This document shows, piece after piece, positions 16,998-25,447 of a stretch of 32,000 nucleotides of DNA (position 1 is its first letter; each line of letters starts with the position of its first letter). Source of the stretch: Geobacter sulfurreducens PCA (GTDB lineage: Bacteria; Desulfobacterota; Desulfuromonadia; Geobacterales; Geobacteraceae); NCBI RefSeq assembly GCF_000007985.2, contig NC_002939.5, forward strand, positions 3,660,001 through 3,692,000, read 5' to 3'. Under the pieces are notes generated by a model that did no database searches, was not told where the DNA came from, and saw nothing but the letters and a program-made list of their open reading frames with translations. The position numbers and the translations under genes were made by a program.

Positions 16998-19370
16998 ATG
17001 CTCAACACCAACGAACCAATGAAAAAACCCGAACTTCTCGCCCCTGCCGGCTCCCTTGAGGCATTCTTCGCCGCCATGGAAAAGGGCGCCGACGCGGTCT
17101 ATGCCGGTCTGCGCGATTTCTCCGCCCGGGCCAAGGCCAAGAACTTCAGCACCTCCCAGATGGAGCGGATGACCACCTATGCCCACAGCCTGGGCCGCAA
17201 GGTCTACGTCACCATCAATACCCTTGTGAAGGAAGCGGAGCTGCCGCAGCTCGTGGAGACCCTCGCTGCCCTGGAGGCCATGGGCACCGACGGGGTCATC
17301 CTCCAGGATCTGGGGGTGGCACGGCTGATCCGCGACCACTTTCCCGGCATTCCCCGCCACGCATCCACCCAGATGACGATCCACAACCTGGCTGGGGTCC
17401 AGGTGCTGGGCGAGATGGGCTTCGAGCGGGTCGTGCTCGCCCGCGAGCTCCACCTGGACGACATCCGCCGCATCTGCGGATCGACGCCGGTGGAAATCGA
17501 ATGCTTCATCCATGGAGCGCTCTGCTTCGCCATCTCGGGGCAGTGCTACTTCTCGTCCTTTCTCGGCGGGCACAGCGGCAACCGGGGGCGCTGTGCCCAG
17601 CCCTGCCGCCGCCACTATCGCTATCGGAGCAAGGATGGGTACTACTTCTCCACCAATGACCTCTCCACGGTGGATCTGATCCCTGACCTGGCCGCCGCCG
17701 GCGTGGCGTCGCTCAAGATCGAGGGACGGATGAAGTCGGCCGAGTACGTGGCGAGCGTGGTGGAGGCCTACCGGATGGTGCTGGACGCGCCGGAGCGGAA
17801 ACGCGCCGAGGCCACCGGCCGCGCCAAGGAGCTTCTGAAGCTCTCCTTCGGCCGGGTGCCGACCAAGGGCTTCATGGGCTCCCGCACCCCCACCGACATT
17901 GCCATCCCCACCCTGCGCGGGGCCACGGGCCGGTTTCTGGGAGAGATCACCGGGGTGAAGGGCAACAGAATCACCTTCGAAACCAAGGACCCACTCTTCG
18001 TGGGGGACCGGATCAGGGTGCAGCCGAAAAGCGACATGGCCGGCCGCGCCTTCACGGTGAAAGAACTTTTTGCCGGTCAGGGCAAGGTGAAATCGGTCCG
18101 GGAAAAAAGCATTGTCTCCGTGATCTCGCCTTTCCCATTCAAGGTGGGGGATGCAGTCTTCAAGGTCTCGTCCGAAACCGCGTTCACCATGAGTGAAAAT
18201 GCCTGCCTCAAGCGCCTGGATGCGGTCAAGCCCTGCGCCATCCCCTGCGACCTGTCGCTAGCCCTGGACGGGGAGACCCTTCAGGTGACCGGCCTGGCTG
18301 CCGGGGGGCGGGTTGAGGCCGCCTTCCCCGTGGGTGTTTTGGAACCTGCCCGGACCGAAGACATGACCGGCGTGCTCAGGGCCCAGTTCTCCCGCACCGG
18401 CGACACCCCCTTCGAACTGAGGGGCCTCGACGCGCCCGGCTTCCCCCGCGTTCTCATCCCGCCGGCAAAGCTCAAGGAAATCCGCCGGGAATTCTATCGG
18501 CTTCTGGCCGAGGAGGCCGTGGCCGGTGCCCGGATCCGCAAGGCGGAGGCCCGGCGACGGGCACTGGCGGCCCTCGTTCCGGCGGCACAGCCGCGTCGGG
18601 AGCCGAGGTCGGAAGTCATCGTGCGAATCGAGCACCTGCGGGACGCCAGCCTCCTGCGGCAGCCGGGTGTCGATGGCATCACCCTGCCGGTCTCCCGGGC
18701 CAACATCCACCAACTGCCCCTTGCGGCCCGCAAGCTGCGAGGGGACGCGGATCGGATCACCTGGCACCTGCCGTTCATCATGTTCGATGACGACCTCCCC
18801 TTCTACCGGGAGGCGGTGGATGTCATCCTGGCCCACGGATTCCGGCGTTTCGAGCTATCCAACCTCTCCCACGCGGCCCTGCTGAAGGGACGCGACGCCG
18901 AGCTTGCCACCGACTATCGCCTGTTCTCGCTCAACACCCAGGCGATCCTTGCCTGGCACGAACTGGGGGTCACAACCGCCACCCTCTACATCGAGGATGA
19001 CGCCGAGAACATGGCGCGGCTCCTGGGGGCCGCCGTGCCGGTGAAACGGCGGGTGCTGGTCTACGCCGGCGTACCGGCCATGACCACTCGCATCGCCATC
19101 CGCGGGGTAAAAAACGATGCCCCTCTCGTCTCGGACCGGGGCGACGAGTATGACGTGGCGATCCGGGGAGACCTCACCACGATTACCCCAGCCACACGCT
19201 TCTCCATCACCCAATTCCGGGGACAGCTCCAGGAGACGGGCTGCGGCACCTTCATCGTGGACCTGTCCCAAGCGCCCCGTGAGCAGTGGCGACCGATCCT
19301 CGACACCTTTGCCCGGGGCGGCGAACTGCCGGGGACCAGCCCCTTCAACTTCGTAATGGGCCTCGTGTAA
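16998..19370 (+). CDS. U32 family protein (peptidase U32 / probable Fe-S hydroxylase-type), long form with C-terminal extension
   Basis: 790-aa ORF with N-terminal ELLAPAGSLEAFFAAMEKGADAVY and the U32 signature region ECFIHGALCFAISGQCYFSS followed by GNRGRCAQPC. ATG 17019 (MKKPELL) is an alternative start. Neither start has a good SD. Confidence 0.88.
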   Translation: MLNTNEPMKKPELLAPAGSLEAFFAAMEKGADAVYAGLRDFSARAKAKNFSTSQMERMTTYAHSLGRKVYVTINTLVKEAELPQLVETLAALEAMGTDGVILQDLGVARLIRDHFPGIPRHASTQMTIHNLAGVQVLGEMGFERVVLARELHLDDIRRICGSTPVEIECFIHGALCFAISGQCYFSSFLGGHSGNRGRCAQPCRRHYRYRSKDGYYFSTNDLSTVDLIPDLAAAGVASLKIEGRMKSAEYVASVVEAYRMVLDAPERKRAEATGRAKELLKLSFGRVPTKGFMGSRTPTDIAIPTLRGATGRFLGEITGVKGNRITFETKDPLFVGDRIRVQPKSDMAGRAFTVKELFAGQGKVKSVREKSIVSVISPFPFKVGDAVFKVSSETAFTMSENACLKRLDAVKPCAIPCDLSLALDGETLQVTGLAAGGRVEAAFPVGVLEPARTEDMTGVLRAQFSRTGDTPFELRGLDAPGFPRVLIPPAKLKEIRREFYRLLAEEAVAGARIRKAEARRRALAALVPAAQPRREPRSEVIVRIEHLRDASLLRQPGVDGITLPVSRANIHQLPLAARKLRGDADRITWHLPFIMFDDDLPFYREAVDVILAHGFRRFELSNLSHAALLKGRDAELATDYRLFSLNTQAILAWHELGVTTATLYIEDDAENMARLLGAAVPVKRRVLVYAGVPAMTTRIAIRGVKNDAPLVSDRGDEYDVAIRGDLTTITPATRFSITQFRGQLQETGCGTFIVDLSQAPREQWRPILDTFARGGELPGTSPFNFVMGLV

Positions 19371-19505
19371 AGCCAATAACCGGCACAAAACAGGGGACAC
19401 AGAGAAAATCACAGAGTAAGCCCGGGAAATTTTCCTCCGGTTTTCCTCTGGGTGCTTTGTGGTCAAAAAAAGGTTCTGGAAAAACCGGTCTGTAAGGATA
19501 GAGCA

Positions 19506-20411
19506 ATGGGAAACAGCACTGAGTCGGTCATCACTGACTATCTTGTCCGCATTATCACCCGGGAAGGCAATATCCGAGCACTCGCCTGCGTAACCACCAA
19601 CCTGGTGGGAGACGCATGCCGCCGGCACGGTACCCTGCCCACGGCCTCGGCCGCCCTGGGGCGGGCCCTGACCGGCGGCGTCCTCATGGGGGCCCTTCTC
19701 AAGACCGGTCAACGGATTGCCCTCACCTTCGAGGGGAATGGTCCCCTGAAAAAGATCATCGTGGAAGCGGACGCCAACGGCGCCGTGCGCGGGCTCGTCA
19801 GGAATCCGGCGGTGAGCCTTCTGAGGGACGACGGCAAACTCGACGTGGCCGGAGCCCTGGGGAAGGCCGGATTTCTTACCGTCAGCCGGGACCTGGGGCT
19901 CAAGGAGCCCTACACCGGCACGGTCATGCTCTATACCAGCGAGATCGCCGAGGACTTGGCCTGGTACCTGACCGAATCGGAGCAGATCCCCTCAGCCGTT
20001 GGTCTCGGCGTGTACGTGGAGCAGGACGGGTCGGTTGCCGCTGCCGGCGGCTTTCTGATCCAGGCGCTGCCCCCCGGCGACGACCAACTCATCGACCGGA
20101 TCATGGAGCGAATCGCCTCCATGCCGCCGGTAACGGAAATGCTCCGGGCCGGGGCAACCCCTGAAGGACTTCTGGAGTACCTCTTCGACGGCATCCCCTT
20201 CGACATCCTTGAAAAACGGGCCACGGCACTCGTCTGCTCATGCAGCCGCGAACGGATCGAACGGGTGCTCCTCTCCCTGGGGAGCGACGAACTCTCCTCC
20301 CTGATCCACGACCAGGGCGAGGCCTCTGTCGGGTGCGAATTCTGCGGCGAACACTATAACTTCACACGGGAAGAACTGGAACGGCTCAGGGACTCCCTCA
20401 CCGCCGTCTGA
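19506..20411 (+). CDS. hslO: Hsp33 family redox-regulated chaperone
   Basis: Start taken at ATG 19506 (MGNSTESV...). The C-terminal zinc/redox switch CSCS...CEFC is present, and the body matches the Hsp33 pattern ([33 protein letters not shown]). Confidence 0.92.
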   Translation: MGNSTESVITDYLVRIITREGNIRALACVTTNLVGDACRRHGTLPTASAALGRALTGGVLMGALLKTGQRIALTFEGNGPLKKIIVEADANGAVRGLVRNPAVSLLRDDGKLDVAGALGKAGFLTVSRDLGLKEPYTGTVMLYTSEIAEDLAWYLTESEQIPSAVGLGVYVEQDGSVAAAGGFLIQALPPGDDQLIDRIMERIASMPPVTEMLRAGATPEGLLEYLFDGIPFDILEKRATALVCSCSRERIERVLLSLGSDELSSLIHDQGEASVGCEFCGEHYNFTREELERLRDSLTAV

Positions 20412-20417
20412 CCCTCT

Positions 20418-20487
20418 CGAAAATTCCTCCGCTGGCGGTATACTCTGTATCGTGGGACCGCAAGGCGCAGGCCGGCCTCGCGGTCCC
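20418..20487 (+). promoter_or_regulatory. putative promoter plus 5'-UTR hairpin upstream of the cyclase gene
   Basis: TCGAAA (20418-20423), 15-nt spacer, TATACT (20439-20444). This is followed by the inverted repeat GGGACCGC (20454-20461) / GCGGTCCC (20480-20487). A GGAGG SD follows before ATG 20515. Confidence 0.3.
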
Positions 20488-20514
20488 GCCGCCCCCACCG
20501 CAGCGGAGGTCCCC

Positions 20515-21198
20515 ATGAAGATCATCGACATCACCGTCTCTCTCTCCCCCGATCTCCCCGTTTACCCCGGAGACCCGCCCTTCTCGCTCGAACCAGTGGC
20601 CCGCGTGGCCCGGGGCGACGGCGCCAACGTCTCGCGCATCACCCTCGGGACCCACGCCGGCACTCACATCGACGTTCCGCGACATCTGCGCGACGACGGC
20701 GCCTCCGTGGACCAGGTGCCCCTTGATCTGCTGACGGGCAAAGCCCGGGTGATCGAGCTGCACGATGTGATCGCCATCGGACGCCGGGAGCTGGCCCATC
20801 TGCCGGTAAAGGGAGAAGAGCGGATCATCCTCAAGACCGCCAACTCCCGCCTCTGGAGCCACGCCGGCTTCCTCGACAGTTATGCTTCGCTTACTCCCGA
20901 CGGCGCCCGCTATCTGGCGGAGGTGGGGACGCGCCTGGTGGGGATCGATTACCTCTCCATCGGCCCCTTCGGCAACGAGGCTGAGGTCCACCAGATCCTT
21001 CTGGACGCCGGCATCCTCATCCTGGAGGGGCTGAATCTCGCCGATGTCGAGCCGGGGCACTACGAACTCCTCTGCCTCCCCCTCAAGATAGCCGGCGGAG
21101 ACGGCGCACCGGCACGCGCACTCCTTCGTTCCTTCGCGCGGGTAGCGGCCGGGGAATCCTCCTTCGACCCCCATACCACTCGCTGGCCCCTTTCCTGA
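20515..21198 (+). CDS. cyclase family protein (kynurenine formamidase-like)
   Basis: 227-aa product from ATG 20515 (MKIIDITV...). It contains the cyclase-family metal motif HAGTHIDVPRH (HxGTHxDxPxH). Confidence 0.85.
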   Translation: MKIIDITVSLSPDLPVYPGDPPFSLEPVARVARGDGANVSRITLGTHAGTHIDVPRHLRDDGASVDQVPLDLLTGKARVIELHDVIAIGRRELAHLPVKGEERIILKTANSRLWSHAGFLDSYASLTPDGARYLAEVGTRLVGIDYLSIGPFGNEAEVHQILLDAGILILEGLNLADVEPGHYELLCLPLKIAGGDGAPARALLRSFARVAAGESSFDPHTTRWPLS

Positions 21199-21202
21199 GG
21201 CA

Positions 21203-22966
21203 GTGACCGTGACGCGCCGGCGCACGATCGTCAGTTCGCGGGAGCTCGACCTCCTGCGCCGCCTGCTCATGGAGCGGACCGAGGAACTGGAGCGCGTCAA
21301 CGAGCGCCTCTTCCTCGCCGATCAGGTAAAGACCGACTTTCTGTCCCACATGTCGCGGGAGTTCCAGCGCCCTCTCAACCATATTGTGGATTTCGCCCAG
21401 TGTCTGCGGGAAGGGGCCATGGGGCCGGTCACCCGCGAGCAGCGGATCTGCCTCGACACGATTATTGCCCGGGGCAAGAGGCTTCAGCGGCTGCTGGAAA
21501 GGGTCCTCTCCCTCTGCAACGACGAGCTGGGGATGGCCCTGTTCCTGCCCCGGAAGTTCCCGGTGCGCGAAGTGCTGGACCACGTCATGGACAGCCTGCG
21601 GGGAGCGGCCGGAAAGCGGGGGGTGGAGCTCCATGCCTGCTGCGGCGAAGACGGATGCACCATCACTGCCGACAAGGGGAAATTCACCTTCATCATCGAA
21701 GAGTTGCTGACCAATGCCCTCAAGTTCTCGGACCGGGGAGGACGGGTGGACGTCGCCATCGACCCCGTAAAACGGCGCGGGAGAGGCGAAGAGCTCCGGA
21801 TCACGGTTTCTGACCAAGGGAGAGGTATCGGCAGCAAGGAGCTTGAGCAGATCTTCCGGAGCTTCGAGATGGGAAAACGGGGGCAGGCAGAGCCGGGCAG
21901 CCTCGGCATCGGGCTCACCCTGGTCAAACGTTTCGTGGAGCTGCATGGCGGCACTATAGCCGTGGAGAGCACCCCCGGCATCGGGAGTACCTTCACGGTC
22001 GTGCTCCCCCGCCAAGGCCCCGCTGAACGGGTCGGTCCACCGCCCCGGGTTATCCTGGCCGACCAGGACCCTGAACGGCTCCGGGAGCTGGCCGATGCAT
22101 TACGACAGGAGCGGTGTGACATCATTACCGCCGTGGACGGGCGGGACGCCCTCGACAAGGGGATCGCACAGACACCGGCGCTCTGCATCCTCGCCCTCGA
22201 CTTGCCGGGAATCGACGGAATCGACGTCTGCTCCCGTCTTAAGGCCCATGAACAGAGCTCCCAGATTCCGGTGATCATCACCGCGCCCCACCGGGATGCA
22301 TCAGTTCGGTCCCGGTGTGCCCAGGCGGGAGCCGACGGATTTTTCGCTCTCCCCGCCGAAATGGGCGATCTCCTCATGGCGGCGCGGGGACTCATTGCCC
22401 GAAAACTCAGCTACGACTTCCTGAAGCGCAACTATGAGATTGCCGCCAGCGAGGCCTTCACCGATCCCCTCACGGGGCTCTTCAACCTCCGACAGTTCTG
22501 GCTCAGCCTCGACCACGAACTGAAGCGCGCCCGCCGCTACCGCCGCAACTGCTCGCTGGCCATGATCGACATCGATTGGTTCAAGCAGTACAACGACTGC
22601 CACGGCCACCTCCGGGGCGACGAGGTCCTCAGGGAGGCTGCCGCCGTGTTCCGCGGCTGCATCAGGACCTCGGACATCGCGGCACGCTACGGGGGGGAGG
22701 AGTTCGTCGTCATCATGCCCGAAACCACCAGGGAGCTGGCTCTGCTGGCCGCCGAGAAGCTGCGCCGGGCCGTGGAAGAGCATCTCTTCCCGCTCCGGGA
22801 GACCCAGCCCGGCGGCGCTCTCACGGTCAGCATCGGCATCGCCACCTTCCCCGACGACGCCGAGGACGGGCGGGAACTGGTCGAGGCCGCCGACCGGGCC
22901 CTCTACCGGGCAAAGGAAGGGGGGCGGAACCGGGTGGTTGCCGCAGTGGCGGACGGAACCGATTGA
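21203..22966 (+). CDS. hybrid histidine kinase-like / receiver / GGDEF diguanylate cyclase
   Basis: 587-aa ORF (GTG start) whose DHp-like region FLSHMSREFQRPLN is atypical at the phospho-His position. HATPase_c boxes are NALKFS, DQGRGI, IFRSF and GIGLTLV. The receiver has LALDLPGIDG, and the GGDEF domain has RTSD-x5-GGEEF (I-site plus active A-site). Confidence 0.9.
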   Translation: MTVTRRRTIVSSRELDLLRRLLMERTEELERVNERLFLADQVKTDFLSHMSREFQRPLNHIVDFAQCLREGAMGPVTREQRICLDTIIARGKRLQRLLERVLSLCNDELGMALFLPRKFPVREVLDHVMDSLRGAAGKRGVELHACCGEDGCTITADKGKFTFIIEELLTNALKFSDRGGRVDVAIDPVKRRGRGEELRITVSDQGRGIGSKELEQIFRSFEMGKRGQAEPGSLGIGLTLVKRFVELHGGTIAVESTPGIGSTFTVVLPRQGPAERVGPPPRVILADQDPERLRELADALRQERCDIITAVDGRDALDKGIAQTPALCILALDLPGIDGIDVCSRLKAHEQSSQIPVIITAPHRDASVRSRCAQAGADGFFALPAEMGDLLMAARGLIARKLSYDFLKRNYEIAASEAFTDPLTGLFNLRQFWLSLDHELKRARRYRRNCSLAMIDIDWFKQYNDCHGHLRGDEVLREAAAVFRGCIRTSDIAARYGGEEFVVIMPETTRELALLAAEKLRRAVEEHLFPLRETQPGGALTVSIGIATFPDDAEDGRELVEAADRALYRAKEGGRNRVVAAVADGTD

Positions 22967-22981
22967 GACCGGGGGACCGGG

Positions 22982-22990
22982 TGATATACT
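22982..22990 (+). promoter_or_regulatory. putative extended -10 element
   Basis: TGATATACT (TGnTATACT form) lies about 65 nt upstream of the zinc-ribbon gene. No convincing -35 element. Confidence 0.3.
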
Positions 22991-23055
22991 GAACGTTAAG
23001 GAGAACGAGGAACTACCGAACTCCCGCATCCTCTCAGGGAAAGGAGATGGAGCAC

Positions 23056-23553
23056 ATGTCACGGGTTACTCACAAATCGGTAGTCGAGGAGCAGGGACAG
23101 CGGACCGCGCGCAGTACCGACGTCTACCTGCCGAAAGAGGGACATGAAGCCGCCCTGTGCAAGAAATGCGGCGCGCTCTACCGCAACAAGCGCTGGGCCG
23201 TTGCAGGGGAGGAGGCGGGAACCGGCAGCCTCGCCAAGGTGGTCTGCCCCGCCTGTCAGCGGATGGCCGACAACAACCCCGGCGGTATCGTCACCTTTGC
23301 CGGCGACTACCTCCTGGCGCACGAAGACGCCATCCTGAATTCAATCAAGAATATCGAGGCCAAGTCCCGGGTAAAGAACCCCCTGGGACGCATCATGGAA
23401 ATCAGTCAGGACAAAAACGTCCTCACCATCGCCACCACCGAGGACAAACTGGCCCAGAAGCTGGGCCGCGAGATCTTCAAGGCCCACCGGGGAGAGCTCC
23501 ACTACCGGTGGAGCCACGGGGAGAGCTTTGTCCGGGTAAGCTGGTTCCGTTAA
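23056..23553 (+). CDS. conserved zinc-ribbon protein (NMD3-like / BCAM0308-type family, function unknown)
   Basis: AAGGAG at 23041-23046 is 9 nt from ATG 23056; the ORF-track start 23047 abuts the SD. Two CxxC pairs (CKKC...CPAC) are followed by a conserved-looking block NPLGRIMEI...LTIATTEDKLAQKLGREI...GELHYRW...VRVSWFR. Confidence 0.6.
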   Translation: MSRVTHKSVVEEQGQRTARSTDVYLPKEGHEAALCKKCGALYRNKRWAVAGEEAGTGSLAKVVCPACQRMADNNPGGIVTFAGDYLLAHEDAILNSIKNIEAKSRVKNPLGRIMEISQDKNVLTIATTEDKLAQKLGREIFKAHRGELHYRWSHGESFVRVSWFR

Positions 23554-23561
23554 GCGACAAC

Positions 23562-23588
23562 GGGGGGATGACATGCCGTCATCCCCCC
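23562..23588. terminator. strong hairpin between convergent genes (probable bidirectional terminator)
   Basis: GGGGGGATGAC (23562-23572) pairs perfectly with GTCATCCCCCC (23578-23588) around a 5-nt loop. Only a weak T tract follows on the plus strand. Confidence 0.6.
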
Positions 23589-23632
23589 GCCGGGTTTCCT
23601 TGCCCATTCAATCAGTCAGAACAGCCCACCGC

Positions 23633-23962
23633 TCATCGATCGGCCGGGGCGTCATCCTTCTGGCCGGACGCGGCAGGGCAGTCCTTCGGCCCCATGCCTT
23701 GCTTGGCGCAGCCGCGCTTCGTGCCGCGGCCCTTGCCGCCTTTCTTGCAGCAGGAGCCATCCGCCGGGGCGTCGCAATCACAACAGCAACAGCAGCATCC
23801 CTGCCCATCCCGAGCCTCCTCCTTCATGCAGCAGCCGCGACCCGCCTTCTTCTGTGCCGCCGCAGCCGTAGTGGTCGAAACCTTCTCCACTGCACCGAGT
23901 GGGGCGGCGGCAAGGCTGAGAACCATGGCAGCAGCAATCGTGACAAAAATGTTTCGTAGCAT
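23633..23962 (-). CDS. small exported cysteine-rich protein (13 Cys, including CCCCCCDC)
   Basis: GGAGG SD 5 nt upstream of ATG 23962. Signal peptide MLRNIFVTIAAAMVLSLAAAPLGA/VEK. The mature part is Gly/Lys/Cys-rich: GCCMKEEARDGQGCCCCCCDCDAPADGSCCKKGGKGRGTKRGCAKQGMGPKDC. Confidence 0.7.
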   Translation of the reverse strand: MLRNIFVTIAAAMVLSLAAAPLGAVEKVSTTTAAAAQKKAGRGCCMKEEARDGQGCCCCCCDCDAPADGSCCKKGGKGRGTKRGCAKQGMGPKDCPAASGQKDDAPADR

Positions 23963-23991
23963 AAACCCCTCCGTTACGTAATTTCGTTCTC

Positions 23992-24020
23992 TTTATCTCC
24001 GGATTTAAACGAAAAATCAA
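23992..24020 (-). promoter_or_regulatory. putative promoter for the Cys-rich gene
   Basis: On the minus strand: TTGATT (24020-24015), 17-nt spacer, GATAAA (23997-23992), in the AT-rich gap after the rluA-family stop. Confidence 0.3.
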
Positions 24021-24029
24021 GTCAATACG

Positions 24030-24920
24030 TCATGCGCCGCCGAACTGGATTCCGTGCTGTTCGCAAGCGGCGGTAAACTCCCGGTCAGGGGGGGCCGTGG
24101 CGCTCACCGGCCGGCCGTCTTCAGCCCGAAAGGTCATGGTTCGACAGTGGAGCATCATCCGCGGCGCGGCGATACCGCCGTAAGTCGTATCGCCGATGAT
24201 CGAAAGCCCCCCATGGGCCAGATGGACGCGGATCTGGTGGGTGCGGCCGGTGCGGGGACGGGCTTCCACCAGAGTCGCGCCGTTCCCCCGGGCCACAACC
24301 CGGAACTCGGTCAAGGCGGCCTTGCCGACCGGCGCCACCCCGTAGCGGGACGTACCCACCTTGGCCACGGGTGCGTCGACCTGCCAGGAATCGGCCAGCG
24401 GCATGCCCGCTACCAGCGCCCAGTAGACCTTTTCCACCCTCCCTTCCTTCAGTTCCCGCGAGATATGGGCTGCCGCCCGGCGGGAGGCGGGAAAGATCAT
24501 AACCCCCGAGGTGCCCCGGTCCAGGCGGTGGATCACTCGTGCGGGCTCGGCGCTGCCACAGGCCCGGAAGTGGAGGGTCACGGCATACTCAACGGTCCCC
24601 TTGAGCTGGTAGGGAGTCCGCTGGCAGTTGAGTCCGGAGGCCTTGTTCACGGCCAGATAGCCGCCGTCTTCAAACAAGATATCTTCGGGTGCCAGGGTAA
24701 TCTCCCGGTAACGCTCCGGCTCCATTACCCCGAGGACGATTTCGTCACCAGCCTGAAGACGGCGGGACGCCACCCGCACCATGGTCCCCCCCACAGCGCA
24801 TCCTCCCCAGTCGATGATAGTACGGATCCGGGTTTTGGAGAGCTGGGGAAAGAGCCGCGCCGCCCCCTCGTCGAGCCGTACGCCGGCCTGGTCGGCCCCC
24901 ACCCGCGCCGTCAGGATCAT
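24030..24920 (-). CDS. RluA family pseudouridine synthase (S4 domain plus catalytic domain)
   Basis: Start taken at ATG 24920 (MILTARV...), which overlaps the Nudix stop as ATGA. Catalytic motif HRLDRGTSGVM, and later RPRTGRTHQIRVHLA. Confidence 0.9.
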   Translation of the reverse strand: MILTARVGADQAGVRLDEGAARLFPQLSKTRIRTIIDWGGCAVGGTMVRVASRRLQAGDEIVLGVMEPERYREITLAPEDILFEDGGYLAVNKASGLNCQRTPYQLKGTVEYAVTLHFRACGSAEPARVIHRLDRGTSGVMIFPASRRAAAHISRELKEGRVEKVYWALVAGMPLADSWQVDAPVAKVGTSRYGVAPVGKAALTEFRVVARGNGATLVEARPRTGRTHQIRVHLAHGGLSIIGDTTYGGIAAPRMMLHCRTMTFRAEDGRPVSATAPPDREFTAACEQHGIQFGGA

Positions 24921-25447
24921 GACTGGCGCACCGAGGCCCGCAGAAGGGCCGCAATGGTCTTGCCATCCCGAATTCCGCACTCGGCGGCCAGGGCCAGGGC
25001 ATCGGCCAGGGGAAGGCGCACGGTTTCGATTTCCTCGTACTGCTCGGGGGTCGCTTCCCCCTGGGTAAGACCGACGGCGAGAAACAGGTGGATCCGCTCG
25101 TCGAAGACCCCCGGAGAGGTCAGGATCGTGCCGAGGGATTCGAGCCGCTCAGCCGTAAGTCCCGTCTCCTCGGTCAATTCGCGCCGGCCGCAGGCGGAAG
25201 GCTCCTCGCCCGGATCGAGCCGACCCGCCGGGATCTCCAGCAGCATATCGTCCACGGCCGGCCGGAGCTGGCGGATCAGGGTGACCGTTCCGTCCTCGTG
25301 GAGCGGAAGGACTCCCACCCCGCCCGGATGCCGCACAACCTGAAACGTGTGCCACCCTTTGGCGCCGATCCGGACGTCCATCTGTTCCACATTAACCACC
25401 AGGCCGTTGAAAAGAATCATCCTGTTGCGGGTATCCATGCACTCCAT
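24917..25447 (-). CDS. Nudix hydrolase (ADP-ribose pyrophosphatase-like)
   Basis: Nudix box GRLDPGEEPSACGRRELTEETG (GX5EX7REUXEEXGU). GGAGG abuts ATG 25447 but is 9 nt from ATG 25438, so 25438 (MDTRNR...) may be the real start. Confidence 0.88.
   Translation of the reverse strand: MECMDTRNRMILFNGLVVNVEQMDVRIGAKGWHTFQVVRHPGGVGVLPLHEDGTVTLIRQLRPAVDDMLLEIPAGRLDPGEEPSACGRRELTEETGLTAERLESLGTILTSPGVFDERIHLFLAVGLTQGEATPEQYEEIETVRLPLADALALAAECGIRDGKTIAALLRASVRQS

Noticed and set aside
19371-19505. Possible riboswitch (GEMM-type cyclic-dinucleotide) or sigma32 promoter upstream of hslO; small repeats CACAGAG x2 and TTTTCCTC x2
   Set aside because: I could not find the conserved GEMM elements (GGCAAACC, ACGCAAAGCC) or a CTTGAAA...CCCCAT-type heat-shock promoter. 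The repeats are short enough to be chance.
23157-23981. 274-aa plus-strand ORF running through the zinc-ribbon gene (other frame), the terminator hairpin and the Cys-rich gene (antisense)
   Set aside because: It is Arg/Pro/Gly/Ala/Gln-rich junk that reads straight through a strong hairpin. The zinc-ribbon frame and the minus-strand Cys-rich frame each have an SD and sensible protein features.
24054-25343. 429-aa ORF antisense to the RluA-family and Nudix genes
   Set aside because: It crosses the boundary of two clearly recognisable minus-strand genes. Its composition is Pro/Arg/Gly-rich and it has no motifs.
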